From the NCBI GenBank assembly GCA_951406725.2, contig OX597815.1, positions 29,202,001-29,266,000 of the forward strand: a stretch of DNA of 64,000 bases, in the 5' to 3' direction. The notes under the pieces were generated by a model. The model had not been told where the DNA came from. It saw only the letters and a list, made by a program, of their open reading frames with translations, and did no database searches. Positions 24,415 to 37,690 of this stretch are shown here, one piece after another. The translations under genes and the position numbers were made by a program. Each line of letters starts with the position of its first letter. Positions within the stretch are counted from its first letter, which is position 1. This stretch comes from Octopus vulgaris (Eukaryota).

Positions 24415-27300
24415 GCCTCTAGGTATTGTCGAATAATGTCAGTATTTCCATTTTGGGAGACAGCAAACAGGCGGAATCATTAGCATGCCGGGCGAAATGC
24501 TTAGCGTCCGTCTTCATATTCTGAGTTCAAATTCCGCCGAGTCCGACTTTTCCTTCATACTTTCGAGCTCGATAAAATAAGTACCAGTTGATCACTGGAG
24601 TCGATGTAATCGACTTACCCCCACACATCCTCGAGCTTACAGGCCTTGTGCCAAAGTTTGAAACGAACATTTCCACTTTATGATAAACTGAAAAAGTTTT
24701 CAAAATAAGCCTCCCAGAAATAACATCTTAATTTATGTCACGTAAATTTATAATAATGGTTTTAGAACATTTCGTATTAAAAGATCAACACCTAGTTAAA
24801 GAAAGCGAATTCCAAATGAACTTTATAGAAAATAAGGAACAATTTATGCATGACAATAAAAATAACAAAATAGAAGCGAATGTGGTAACTTTTACTGAGA
24901 AAAAAGACGAATTTAGTTAACCAAAAAATTTTGGTTTCAGATTTTGGCACAATACCAGCAAGTTGAGGAGTGGGGGTAAGTCGATTACATCGACCGCAGT
25001 GCTCAATTGGTACTTAAAAGTCGACCTCGGCGGAATTTGAACTCGGGACAAAACGGACGAAATACTGCTAAGCATTTTGCTGGGCGTGATAACGATTCTG
25101 CCAACATGCCACCACCTTAATTAACTTAGCCTCTTTAAGAACATGCAAAATTCCCATTAATATTTCTTCTCTTCAGTTACTGAGTCTAATAATGCTAAAT
25201 AAATTGTTTAATATCTATATTAATATATGCTAGTTCTAATTGATTTATTGAAACATAATTTAACTTGTAATTTAACATTCCATGGAGTAGTCAGTGCTGG
25301 GGTTTTTTTGTTGTTTTTTTTTACAACACTTGGCTTTAATAAACAATTTATTAATTTACTTGAATCTGTTTAACAGATGACATATAATATACTTTAAATT
25401 ACAAACGCATTTTTTTTTTTAATAACTGTTGTGCTAATAAAAATTACAGTTAACTCTTGTCAAATTTCTCCCTATCTCCTTTTAGCTTTATTTTTCCCAC
25501 TCTTGTAATTAACAAAATTTACAATATTTTACTTCAGAAACTTTTCATTCGGTGGAATGAGAATTGACATTAAAACTTTATTAGGCAGATGTACCGCTGA
25601 AGCACGTTTATATCTGAGAGGCGAGTGTTACAGATAACAGCGCAGAAACAAAATGGCTACCGACGCCGAGAACAATGTCGTGTATAAATTTAAATATATT
25701 TGTATGGCCTAGATGTTAAACTTAGCAACTGAACCAACGAGCGAAGAACTAGGTAGTAGCTTATCTGCTAGAAACAGCAGTCAAATCTCCTTCAAATCAT
25801 ATCCAATTGCCTTGGCAAATTGGAGACATTCTGCAATGTCACTTGAAGGATACAAAAAGATGGAAAGGTCAGAAGACTGACTCGGAACTGAACAGCAACC
25901 TAGCATTTAAAACTTAGGTTAAGGAATAAACTCATTAATAAAGAAAAAAAACAGGTTTCTAATTCAAATGAACTCTGAGGGGACGGCTTGGTAGTAGCTC
26001 ATTTGCTAGAAATGGCAGTCAAATTATGGGGAACAGGTTGGACAATGTCACCTTGGATATACAAAAATCTATGAAGGTCATGACTAGCCTGGAACTGAAC
26101 AACAAGCTAGCATCTGAAACCTGAGTTAAAAGATAGACTGATGAGTAAAGAAAAACCCTGAAATCCCTTTTCCTCTGATAATACTGATTTTGTAGCGGAT
26201 CACTTTAAGTTTTCGACTAACTGTGCCACATAGTATCCGTATCTATTTAACATTTTCAATATTATTAGTATTATAAACAATATAGACTATCATTTAAATT
26301 AAGTCAAAATGTACCTTTAGAACATTTTATCAAGTTCCCCTTTTTAATATTGTCTGCCTAATTCGAATGATAAACATTTTAATAGGGAACCATCTGTGAA
26401 AATACCAATTTCATAAAATGTTGCATAATATCCATAATATAAATGATTATAGTTCTCCAATCTAAGATTAGCACGAAATAATAGCTGCATAAACTCTTTT
26501 AAAATAAGATATCCAAGATGGAGATAGGCACATTTAAACATTATCTAAGAAAATGTTTTGAATAAAAAAAATCTAAAAATTCGGGTCAGGATTTAACTTG
26601 AAAAAATATTAAATTACAACTCTTAATGCATTCTTAGTGGAATGGGGTTTTTGGGGTTTTTTCTGTATTTCATATCTGAAAATGAAATGCATTGTCAACT
26701 AAGTTTTATCATGTCAACAAAACTGTGAATATGAGTCATGCTGTTGATGAGGAACGGGAGAGTTATTGTTTAGCACATGGTAAGACCTAATTAGGAAGAG
26801 CTATGTTCAACATCCTCTCTCTGTTTAAAGTATTGAATATTCAGAATTATATCACTAAATGTACGTCGCTTCTTTTGTAAAATGATTAGGATGAGCGGGA
26901 GGAGATCGGGTTGTTATTTCTAGCATGTCGAATGGCCACAAGGTTTTCTATCTAGCTTCTAGAGTTTGAAAGGCGAAGGTTACTGTATTGTAGGGATGCA
27001 AAGAAAGTTTCCACAAAGATATTTCCTTGGTATGATGAACAGTACATAATGCTTTATCAAACGTTACAAGAGAAATGTGTGAAGGTGAAGTATTAGCAAA
27101 TTCTGAAAATACTAAAAGCAATTCTATCAATATAACTAATAACTTTCTTCTGAATATCCGATTCTAATCACAAGGAATAAAAAATTACACTAAACACTCT
27201 AAAAAAAATTGCGTTTTCTTCAGATCACGTTAAAAAGATGAGGATTTCTACCCCACAGACTAAACATCGGAATTCTGTTGAACAATTTCAAAGTATTATA

Positions 27301-27803
27301 CCGTAAATCCTCGAGTATAATCCGCATTTTTTCCCCCCCAAAATTTAATGGTCAAAGTCCCGAGTACGTACTATATACGAGGTTAAAAATGAAAATTATT
27401 TTCTAAGCAATGTCCGAGTCTCTAATTGTTGTCCGTCAATGTTTATTCAGACGCATTTTGTGATGTCGGGCGTGAAAATACCTTAAGCTAAGCCTGAAAG
27501 CAATGAAGTCATAACAGAATCGTCCATAACATGCAGTAAGCAACATTTATTAAATGTTATTACTGTTATTTCTTTATTTTCTGCAAACAAAATGCACAAA
27601 AAAGCTACATGTTTGCATTGTTTTATGTACAATAATAATAAAGGACGTTACCGTATACATTTTTACAAACCAAGGACGTTATATAGACCTCCTTGACACA
27701 AGTTAGAAAAGGGATGCGTATTATACACAAGGTTCAGGTTTTTCTGTGGTACAGCCCCCCCCCCCCTAAAAATCACCTGCGTATTATACTCGAGGATTTA
27801 CGA
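27301..27803. mobile_element. Tc2/pogo-type MITE, second copy
   Basis: Highly similar to 14298-14810; same TIR and TA flanks. Confidence 0.9.
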
Positions 27804-28551
27804 TAAATGAAGTGGGATTGGTGTGTTAGACACTCACTTCTTTCTACATAATAATCTGAACTAGCTGCTAATTTGATAAAGAACTTAGAGACGGATTTTT
27901 TCTAAAAGAAGGCCAGATTTTTCTAGTTAACTAAATAAAAAGTTCTAAAAGGGGTAAAAAGCAAGGGCTGCTCAATGATTACTGTCCAAAACAATAAAAG
28001 TAGATTGTAGTTTAAATTGACATTCTATTGATACGAGTATTTTTTTTTAAAAAACCTAAAAAATTCATTTACATGTACATATTATTTTTCCACTTAAAGT
28101 TTCTATTTTTATTATATGAATATACAAAAATTCAAGTGTGATTTTACGTAGCTGCAATACAGAAGAAAATGAAAGCTATTCTGAAGATGTACGTGACAGC
28201 TGAGTAAATCTTTTTAAAGTCCTATGACAACAGAAGAACGAGATTGGGGAGGAAAACAAATAACTTTCAGGAAGAATGCTGGGATGGTACTAGAACCTTT
28301 ACGTACAACCACGACATATCATTTATTGTTTCGTGGTAATCTTGTTCCAGTTTCAGCAGCCTGGTTTTCGGAAGAGTTTCTACGTTTTCGCTTAACTACG
28401 TATCATGTTACGTGCATTATCAGTTTTAAACTGATGTGACATTCTTACTAATTAAATGGTCAACGTTTAATATCCGGTTATTAATGCTGTATTGTGGTTG
28501 TGGCAAAAGTACTTAACTTTCTTTGACTCGATTCATCCAGAGTATGATACC

Positions 28552-29023
28552 TATTTCTTTATTACCCACAAGGGGCTAAACATAGAGGGGACAAACAAGG
28601 AGAGACATAGGTATTAAGTCGATTTCATCGACCCCAGTGCGTAACTGGTGCTTAATTTATCGACCCCGAAAGGATGAAAGGCAAAGTCGACCTCGGCGGA
28701 ATTTGAACTCAGAACGTAACGGCAGACGAAATTCCGCTAAGCATTTCGCCCGGCGTGCTAACGTTTCTGCCAGCTCGCCGCCTATCTAGAGTATGATACC
28801 TATTTCTTTACTACCCACAAGGGGTTAAAACACAGAGGGGACAGACAAACGGATTAAGTCGATTACATCGATCCCAGTGCGTAACTGGTGCTTAATTTAT
28901 CGACCCCGAAAGGATCAAAGGCAAAGTCGACCTCGGCGGAATTTGAACTCAGAACCTAACGGCAGACGAAATACCGCTAAGCATTTCGCCCGGCGTGCTA
29001 ACGTTTCTGCCAGCTCGCCGCCT
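28552..29023 (-). mobile_element. two tandem SINE B copies
   Basis: 28552-28783 and 28801-29023, separated and flanked by ATCYAGAGTATGATACC. Confidence 0.9.
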
Positions 29024-30254
29024 ATCTAGAGTATGATACCATGCATAGGAACAGTTCACTGGAAACCATCAGAGCACTATCAGTTGGTATTTAGATGTCG
29101 ATTATATTAAATCGATCACCACATCCCAGTGCTTGACTGGAACTTATATTTTATCAACTGAAGAAAGATGAAAAGCAAAGTCAATCTCAACAAAAACTAA
29201 ACGCAGAATGTAGGGATTACGACAAAATACAAGATAAAATACCCATTCTACCATTTTAATTATATGTCTTTGTTTACAGGGATTGTTTTCTTTTTCCATC
29301 ATAAATCAATTTCTTACAGATTTTTATTGCTAACTTAGAGAACGTATCCATCCTAAACAACAGCAGTAATTGTATTCACCTCAATAGACGTCATTGATTG
29401 GTTGAAATTGCCGAAATACAAGAAATTTAACAACAAATAGCTTACAAACTACAGAATTTTCTCAAGAACGCCAAGAGAAAAATATGTTTTATGTGACACA
29501 TTCTACCAGTATACGAAGTTTAGAAGTGTTTAGTTACAAAGAAATTATTTTTTAAATCTACCGGTCAAAGTGAAAAGATCCCATATATATAATAAATGGT
29601 TCCAAATTTTGGCGCAAGGCCAGCAGTTTTTTAGTAGGAGGGTGTTAGTCAATGATGACAGCGACTCCAGGGATCGGCTAATATTTATGTTATCGACCCT
29701 GAAAGGATGAAAGGCAGAGTCTGTCTCAGAATTTAAACACAAGAACGTAATGAATCAGAAAAAATATCGCTAAGCATTCTGTCCGACGCACTAACGATTC
29801 TGCCAGCTCACCGTCCTAATGTGCATTAGCTCATGAAAGTATTTAGTATAGCGCTGTGTCTGTTAATATTTAAAATGCCATTATCTCAATTTATTTAGTG
29901 CGCAAAAGATATATATATAATCCTTACGCCAATGTAATCTTCATTTAATCAAGATATCCTTGCCCTGACAAGTAAGCCTGCGGTATACACTTTGCTTGGA
30001 TATTCACCACTTCTGAGGTTCCGTTCGCTACGAAGCTTATGTAGCCCGGATCTTATCAACTCCATTCCTTAACTCTTGTATATACACACACAAGGAAAGT
30101 TGTCTACTATCTCCAATAAACTATCACATCACAATGACCAACTGTATCGAGGTACTTATTAACCATTCATATATGTAGGAATATTTAAAGACTGATCCCA
30201 TCAGGCCTGAAAATCATGAGCTTTTCACATGGCACAGGGATGACTATGGGCACA

Positions 30255-30450
30255 CGAGGCAATTTCTACTCTTCTCCTCTGAAAGCCATCTACTCGCAAT
30301 GCCAGAGGGCGCACACTCTCCTACCCTGATGTAATCTCCAGGGATACAGGCATCAAGCAACAGGACCTCCGTAATGCTATGATGGACCGTGAAGTCTGGC
30401 GTAGCATGGTAAATTCCATTGTCTTGACCACGGTCGAACAATGATGATGG
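30255..30450 (+). mobile_element. LINE 3' end (RTE/RTEX-like)
   Basis: RNARGRTLSYPDVISRDTGIKQQDLRNAMMDREVWRSMV followed by (TGA)n. Confidence 0.7.
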
Positions 30451-33449
30451 GCACAATTATAACTCTATAGTTGAGAAGCTTGCTTCCCAATCATGTACCT
30501 CTAGTTTCTGTCCTACTGCACGGCACCTTAGGCAAGTGTCTTTTATTATAGCCCCAGGAAAGAGTTACAAGACAGATTCTTCAAGCCAAGGCAACCAGCA
30601 AAAGATTATAGGATAGACCGAGAATGGGATAGTTAGGTAATATCCATAGCCTCAGATGGTCATGCTTAAGAATTCAGCCAAAACATGTAATGACAGTTGC
30701 TTCTGACAGGGCTCTATAGAGGAGGTATCACCCAAGAACCTCCCATGAACAGTTGGTGGAGAGGATGGAAAGATAGATATATTTTTACATATACGCATAA
30801 ATATCAAACAAAGAGTGCTCAACACCATATTGGTGGATAAAGATTTTTTTATTTGTGTATTAAGGCTACCATTGGTTTCATGTTAAGAGAAGTCCCTCAA
30901 CAATTATCAAGTCTATCACATGGAACACTGGTGTACGTCTCCATTTTGGATTAAAACACAAAAAGTCATGGAAAGTCAAGGTGTAGGCATGGTTGTGAGG
31001 TAAGAAGCTTGTTTCCCAACCGCATGGTCTTAGGTTCAGTCCCACTATGTGGCACCTTGAACAAGTAAGTATCTTCTACTATAGTCTCGTGCAACCAAAG
31101 CGCTGTGAGTGGATTTGGTAGACAGAAACTGAAAGAAGCCTGTCATGTATATATCTACGCACGTTTGTCCCACCACCACTACTTGACAACCAATGTTGGT
31201 GTGTTTGAGTACCTGTAAAAGGGACTGATAGAATAAGTACCAGATTTAGAAAATAAGTACTGAGGTTGATTCATTTGACTAAAAATTTAAGGCTGTGCCC
31301 CAGCATGGCTGCAGTCTAATAATTGAAATAAAAGACATACCTACCTACACACACACACACAACACGTAAAAGCACCAACCGATTGTGGCCACTTGCCAGC
31401 CTCCCCTGGCACGTAAAAAGCACCCACTACACTCATGGAGTGGTTGGTGTTAGGAAGGGCATCAAGCTGTAGAAACACTGCCAGATCAGACTGGAGCCTG
31501 GTACAGCCTCCTCGCTTCCCAGACCCCGGTTGAACCGTCCAACCCATGCTAGCATGGAAAACAGATGTTAAACAATGATGATGATACACACACACATACA
31601 TCTCCATCATCTTTCTCTCTCCAACTATGGTAGCAATGTATTTCCTCTACTGAGAGACACTGGTGGCACATAAAAAGCACCATTCAAGCATGGCTGATGC
31701 CAGTGCCGCCTGACTGGCACGTAAAAAGCATCATTCATTCAAGCATGACTGATGCCAGTGTTGCCAAGGCACCATTCAAGCGTGGTTGATGCCAGTGCCA
31801 TCTGACTGGCCCCCGTGCCAGTGGCAAGTAAAAAGCACCCACTACTCTCTCGGAGTGGTTGGCATTAGGAAGGGCATCCAGCTGTAGGGCATTCAATAAA
31901 AGAAAAATGTAAGAATAATGCATCAGAACCACAATGGTCTGAACCACTTACAATAACGTGTGTGTGAGTGTACCATTGATGCAACTTATAACAAGTGCTA
32001 CATTGAAGGAGAAACTTATTGTCATCCAGTACAAAGTTTTACCAAGAAGAGCAAAAGTATTAATAGCTACAACAATACCAACAAATTCACTTAAATGGTT
32101 AAAGATAAAATAAAAGATATAAAGTGAATGAAAATATATGCTGGACAACATCACTTTCCATCAGGCAACACCCTTTTGAGAATGTGAAAGTAAGGAATGT
32201 ATAAAGATCAAATGTCTTTATACATTTAACATCTGACCTGGCCACATCCAACCCAAATATTCTACTTGTTCAGACCAGATCTGGCTTCTCACATGTACCC
32301 TACCTACAATGACATTCTTCAAATAAACGATCACATCATTAAAATCTTGAAGCTACAAAATAATGAATGATAAATTTAAAGCAATGAGAATAAATAAGCA
32401 TTACACTTGATAGAGTAATCTCAATGCTAAAGGGTTAAGAGAATGAATGAGCCAAAAACCATAACCACCAAAGCCTTCACTTGTAGCAGGTACCATACTC
32501 TCACTTTCAGTGTCTATGTAATAGTGTGTGAACATAGATACCCTCTGAGCCCTCTCACTTTTGATCCAACAGAACATCAGGGATGTGACAGCTGAAGGGA
32601 GAGAGGGTTGCACTAGTACTTCAGCTGAGTAGATTGGAACAATCATCATCATCGTTTAACGTCCATTTTCCATGTTTGACCAGGGTCTGGGAAGCCAGGA
32701 GGCTGCGCCAGGCTCCAGTCTGATCTGGCAGTGTTTCTATAGCTGGATGCCCTTCCTAACGCCAACCACTCCATGAGTGTAGTGGGTGGTTTTTATGTAC
32801 CACTGGCACAGGGACCAGAGGAGGCTGGCAAACGGCCACGATCAGTTGGTGCTTTTTACGTGTCACCGACACGGACGCCAGGCATGTGGCGCTGGCATCA
32901 GCCACGTTCGGATGGTGCTTTTTACATGCCACCAGCACGGAGTTGAAATGTCTTGCTCAATGATACAATATGTTGCCTGGTCCAGGAATAGAACCCCCAA
33001 TCTTTACTATCATGAGCCAAACACTCTACTCACTAGGCCATACACCTTCAATGAAACAAGGGCCAAGGAATAGGTTAGAATCATTACCAACAAAATGCTA
33101 TACAAGAATAGCAGCATTGCTAATACTAGAAATGAAACCTATTGCATTGAACATACTGAAGTAAAATAAATCAGGATAAAAATTTACCTTCATCAATGCT
33201 AAGATGAATAACCTCACACTCTTTGCATTGTTTTGCTCAATGCCAAGACGGATAACCTCACACTTTTTGTATACAGCATTAACTCCGTTCTAGAATTCAT
33301 TACAGAAGCACAGGTTTATATAGAAAAAAAAAACACTGTTGAAATATCTTTGAAAAGTACTTTTGAAAAAGACTGAAAATTTTCAAAACAAAGAAACATA
33401 TAATCTGTTACAATTTCAATATCACTCTCCATATGGCAGAGACAATGGA

Positions 33450-33822
33450 TGGAAGCACTCCGTCGGTTACGACGACGAGGGTTCCGGTTGATCCGAATCA
33501 ACGGAACAGCCTGCTCGTGAAATTAACGTGTAAGTGGCTGAGCACTCCACAGACACGTGTACCTTAACGTAGTTCTCGGGGATATTCAGCGTGACACAGA
33601 GAGTGACAAGCCCGGCCCTTTGAAATACAGGTACAACAGAAACAGGAAGTAAGAGTGAGAGAAAGTTGTGGTGAAAGAGTACAGCAGTGATCACCACCAT
33701 CCCCTGCCGTTGCCTCGTGGAGCTTTTAGGTGTTTTTGCTCAATAAACACTCACAACGCCCGGTCTGGGAATAGAAACCGCGAGTCCGCTGCCCTAACCA
33801 CTGGGCCATTGCGCCTCCACAG
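33450..33822 (-). mobile_element. tRNA-derived SINE, family C
   Basis: Head GGAGGCGCAATGGCCCAGTGGTTAGGGCAGCGG (A-box-like); body shared with 5593-5885. Confidence 0.8.
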
Positions 33823-34347
33823 CAGAGACAATAACTAGAAATAGATAAATTAAGTAAAACAAACACCAATTCACAACATATCAGTGGTGGGTAGGGTTTG
33901 TAGCATGTTTTCAATGAAAGTTTACCTTTCAGTCAGACGCATTTGGGCTCATAACCTAGAATATTTGTGTGTGCTTGTCTAATAGCTATGCCATCTCAGG
34001 TACATGACTTCCTAACTTAATGCTGGGTGTATATGTGCCTTGTAAAAATCAGAAAGTGATCAGAACATCAATATTTTTTTTGTTCTGAAGAAGCCCAATC
34101 ACTGACATTAAGTGTTAGTTGTTATAGATGTGCAACTGCTATGAAAGGTCAACTGAGACTGTGAAGCTTAGTGTTTATAGAAAGTGCGGGAGTGGCTGTG
34201 TGGTAAGTAGCTTGCTAACCAACCACATGGTTCCGGGTTCAGTCCCACTGCGTGGCATCTTGGGCAAGTGTCTTCTGCTTTGGCCCCGGGCCGACCAATG
34301 CCTTGTGAGTTGATTTGGTAGACGGAAACTGAAAGAAGCCTGTCATA

Positions 34348-34408
<61 letters not shown>

Positions 34409-35752
34409 TTGTGTGTCTGTGTTTGTCCCCCTAGCATTGCTTGACAACCGATGCTGGTGTGTTTACGTCCCCGTCACTTAGCGGTTCGGCAAAAGAGACC
34501 AATAGAATAAGTACTGGGCTTACAAAGAATAAGTCCCGGGGTCGATTTGCTCGACTAAAGGCGGTGCTCCAGCATGGCCGCAGTCAAATGACTGAAACAA
34601 GTAAAAGAGTAAAGTAGAAGCAATTCTTATGGTCTTTACATGTCCTCTCAAACAGGTAATGTTAAATTGGCAGGGTATGTTCAGTTTGAACATCTGTAAG
34701 TAGGAAAAAATTTGGCAAATTGTTCTAAAGGGCTGCATTGTGGAGAAGAGAGTACATTTAGTATAAAACATGTAAGGTGAGATACACTTACTGAAAGTCA
34801 TTGTTTTTAAGTTGTTAAATGCATTTATGTCAGTATAAAGCACACACTGGGGGCCTTGTAAGTTTACGGAACCTGATACTAATCTATGTATACTGTGATT
34901 GTGAATGCAAGAATACCAGTGCAATACTTTGCTTGGAGACCTATAAATGCTGTGAAGATGGCCCTGAACTAGGTTGTCATACTCTCATAGAAAAATGCCT
35001 TCAAGATCTCTGCACATAAATATAATGTATGTCTGGTGGGAGATATATTTAAGATCATACAAAAACTCTGCTGCAAAATATGGCTTTATTTAATGTCTAC
35101 TTTTCCAAGCTAGCATAAGTTGGCCTATTTTTAATAAATATTTAGTCTTGTTCATATTCCTTGACTCAAATTCTTTCTTGCCGTTTTCAAGTTTCTTCTA
35201 CATTAGCTTCACTGACTTTACCATGTGTATCTCTGTTTTAGAGTAGGCACACCACATTCCTGTCATAAGAATCAACTGAAAGGGTTTGTGACAGGAAGGG
35301 CATTCAGCTGTAAAACACAGCCTCAGAGAAACCATCAAACCCATGCCAGCATGGAAAAGTGAACATAAAACACTATAGATGATGAGCTTCAGTGATTTTG
35401 TTGTAGGAAGCAGATCATTGGCACATATGGATTCTCATGAGCACCCAATCTTGAATTCTTTTGTAATTGTTTCAGAGACTAACTATAACGAAAACAGAAA
35501 ACTAAACACAGCACTTGCTATACACATTCACAGAATACATTGCTCCAACTTTGATCGAATATCTTTTTTTACCACTCTCAGGGCTTCAACAACATAAACA
35601 GGCCATAAATGATCACTTAGTTTTCCTGCTTTCCACTAGATCAAGACACAAGAGAGCATATCAAAAATATTAGATCAAATACACAACAGTTCATTGTTTT
35701 TTTCACACATTACTTACAGATGTTTTCAAGACTGACCATGCATCTGCATATA

Positions 35753-36158
35753 CAGGGTGTTTGGGTTAAGTCTGAGATTTTTTTATGTCTCCTTTTTCTC
35801 AGGAACAGCTTGATGTATTGGTCAACAATCAAAGGCATCGGAGAGCATAGAGATGAAAATTGTAGTTGAGAAAAAGTTAGCTGACATGGAGAACTGGAAG
35901 CCATCTGAATTTTGGAAGAGATCTGCTTCATGAAAGTAAAAAAGCTCCTGAACAAGGGGAGGCATTCAGATGAGCTGGGGATGATATGGTTTTTCACAGA
36001 TGGAAATAACTTCTACCAGGACTAGGTGCACAACACCCAGAACAGCAGGTGGCTTGTCCCATATATGAAAACCAAATTTCCCCAAACTGTGATGGTTTTG
36101 GGGTGTGTCTCTAGTGAGGGTGACAGCATGCCACCCCACATCTTTGAACAGGGCTTTC
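35753..36158 (+). mobile_element. Tc1/mariner maT (DD37D-like) transposon fragment
   Basis: TA|CAGGGTGT end; GMIWFFTDGNNFYQD*VHNTQNSRWL and MKTKFPQTVMVLGCVSSEGDSMPPHIFEQG. Confidence 0.75.
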
Positions 36159-36460
36159 AATGGAGAAGTTCTTAAGCAGATCAGGCCGAAAATGTTACTA
36201 GAAGCTAGGATCACCAAGCATAGATTGGCTTATTTCGGTCATATTATGTGGAGAAAATCCCTGGAGAAGGACATCATGCTCGGAATGGTCAGTGGCAAGA
36301 GAGGAAGAGGCCGACCAAGAACCCGCTGGCTTGACACCATCAAGAGTGATACCAGAATGGACGTAGCCAATTTGAAAGAAGCAGCCCAGGATAGAACTGA
36401 CTGGAGGACACTGATCCAACGAGTAACCGAGAGTCGACTTCGACTGAGCGGATAGATAGC
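36159..36460 (+). mobile_element. RTE (BovB-like) LINE 3' end
   Basis: RLAYFGHIM..SLEKDIMLGMVSGKRGRGRPRTRWLD...AAQDRTDWR..RVTESRLRL*; short (GATA)n tail. Confidence 0.85.
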
Positions 36461-37199
36461 TATGTGAAGTTGCTGGAGATTGTCATTGTTATAAACCCAA
36501 ACGCGAATATCAAAGTTTAAAAGGTTTTAATTGACTAAAAATACAGCAATATACAATACAAACAAAGATTGCTAAATTGCAAGCAAAACCAAACTTTAAC
36601 GCAATAACATTTTATGCAGCGAGTTGCTACATTCTAGACTAACTAAAACCAACGCTGAACATGTCATCTGCAAACAGAACAGAACTCCACACAGTCGCAC
36701 TGCAGGCATATAACAGCAATCGAGACAATCAAAATCACGTGATCAAAACTAAAATCACAACAGTCATCAAACCCTAGCTGGAGGCAGTTGCTGCTGGACA
36801 GTCATATGTGTGGCAGCAGGATTCAGCTCCTTGCTAGACCACCAGAAAGAGTCAGAAGTGGTTGACAGAGAACTTCTATGACTTCACCAGCCCCAATTTC
36901 TGGTCTGTTAATTCCCCCAATTGTATTCCTGTGGGACACAGTTGAGAAACATACCAACTGCTCTGACTGCAACACTAAGGCCAAGGGTAGCCAATTTAGA
37001 TAAACTGTTATTTCCCAGCCATGATGTACTTGGCTGTTGGAAAAGGTTAAAAGAGAAGAGAGAAGGCTAACATATAAGTCGAGCAAAGAAAGACAACAAT
37101 GAAAGTCAGAAGTACTACATGTACTGAAAACAGAACAAAGCAGTAAAAGACAGAAAAGTGAATAGCAAAAGAGCCATAAAGAGGAAAGGGTTGTATAGG

Positions 37200-37646
37200 T
37201 ACATCAAGGGGAGTGCCAGCAAATTTAGGGAAGCATGGAATTTTAGATGGATGCAGTGTCCTGACAGCTAAGTACTGACACAGGTAGTTTATTCCATGCT
37301 TCAACAATTCTGAGCAAGAAAAAAAACATTTCCAAAAGTCATGGGTACTGAGGTTTGGGGATTTTTTATAAGCACATCCATAAGTATAGAGATACTGAAA
37401 TCAAAAAGATGGCCAAAGTTGTCAGAAAGATGGTGAATAATCTTATAGCCTTCTACCAAGTCAGCAGCTAATGTCAAACATTAATACATCAATGCCCAGA
37501 GAGGCAATACATTCAAGATATTTTAAGTGACTGAGAGAGTATTCATCTAGTTGCACATCTTTGGACAGCTTCAAATAGACCAATACTCTGCACAAGGTTA
37601 GGATTCCAGAGTGGAGATGCAAATTCTAAATGTGGACATACCATGT

Positions 37647-37690
<44 letters not shown>

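Noticed and set aside
36105-36455. 116-aa ORF as a host gene or transposase-LINE fusion protein
   Set aside because: An off-frame transposase remnant runs by chance into a truncated RTE C-terminus; the start is GTG with no supporting context.
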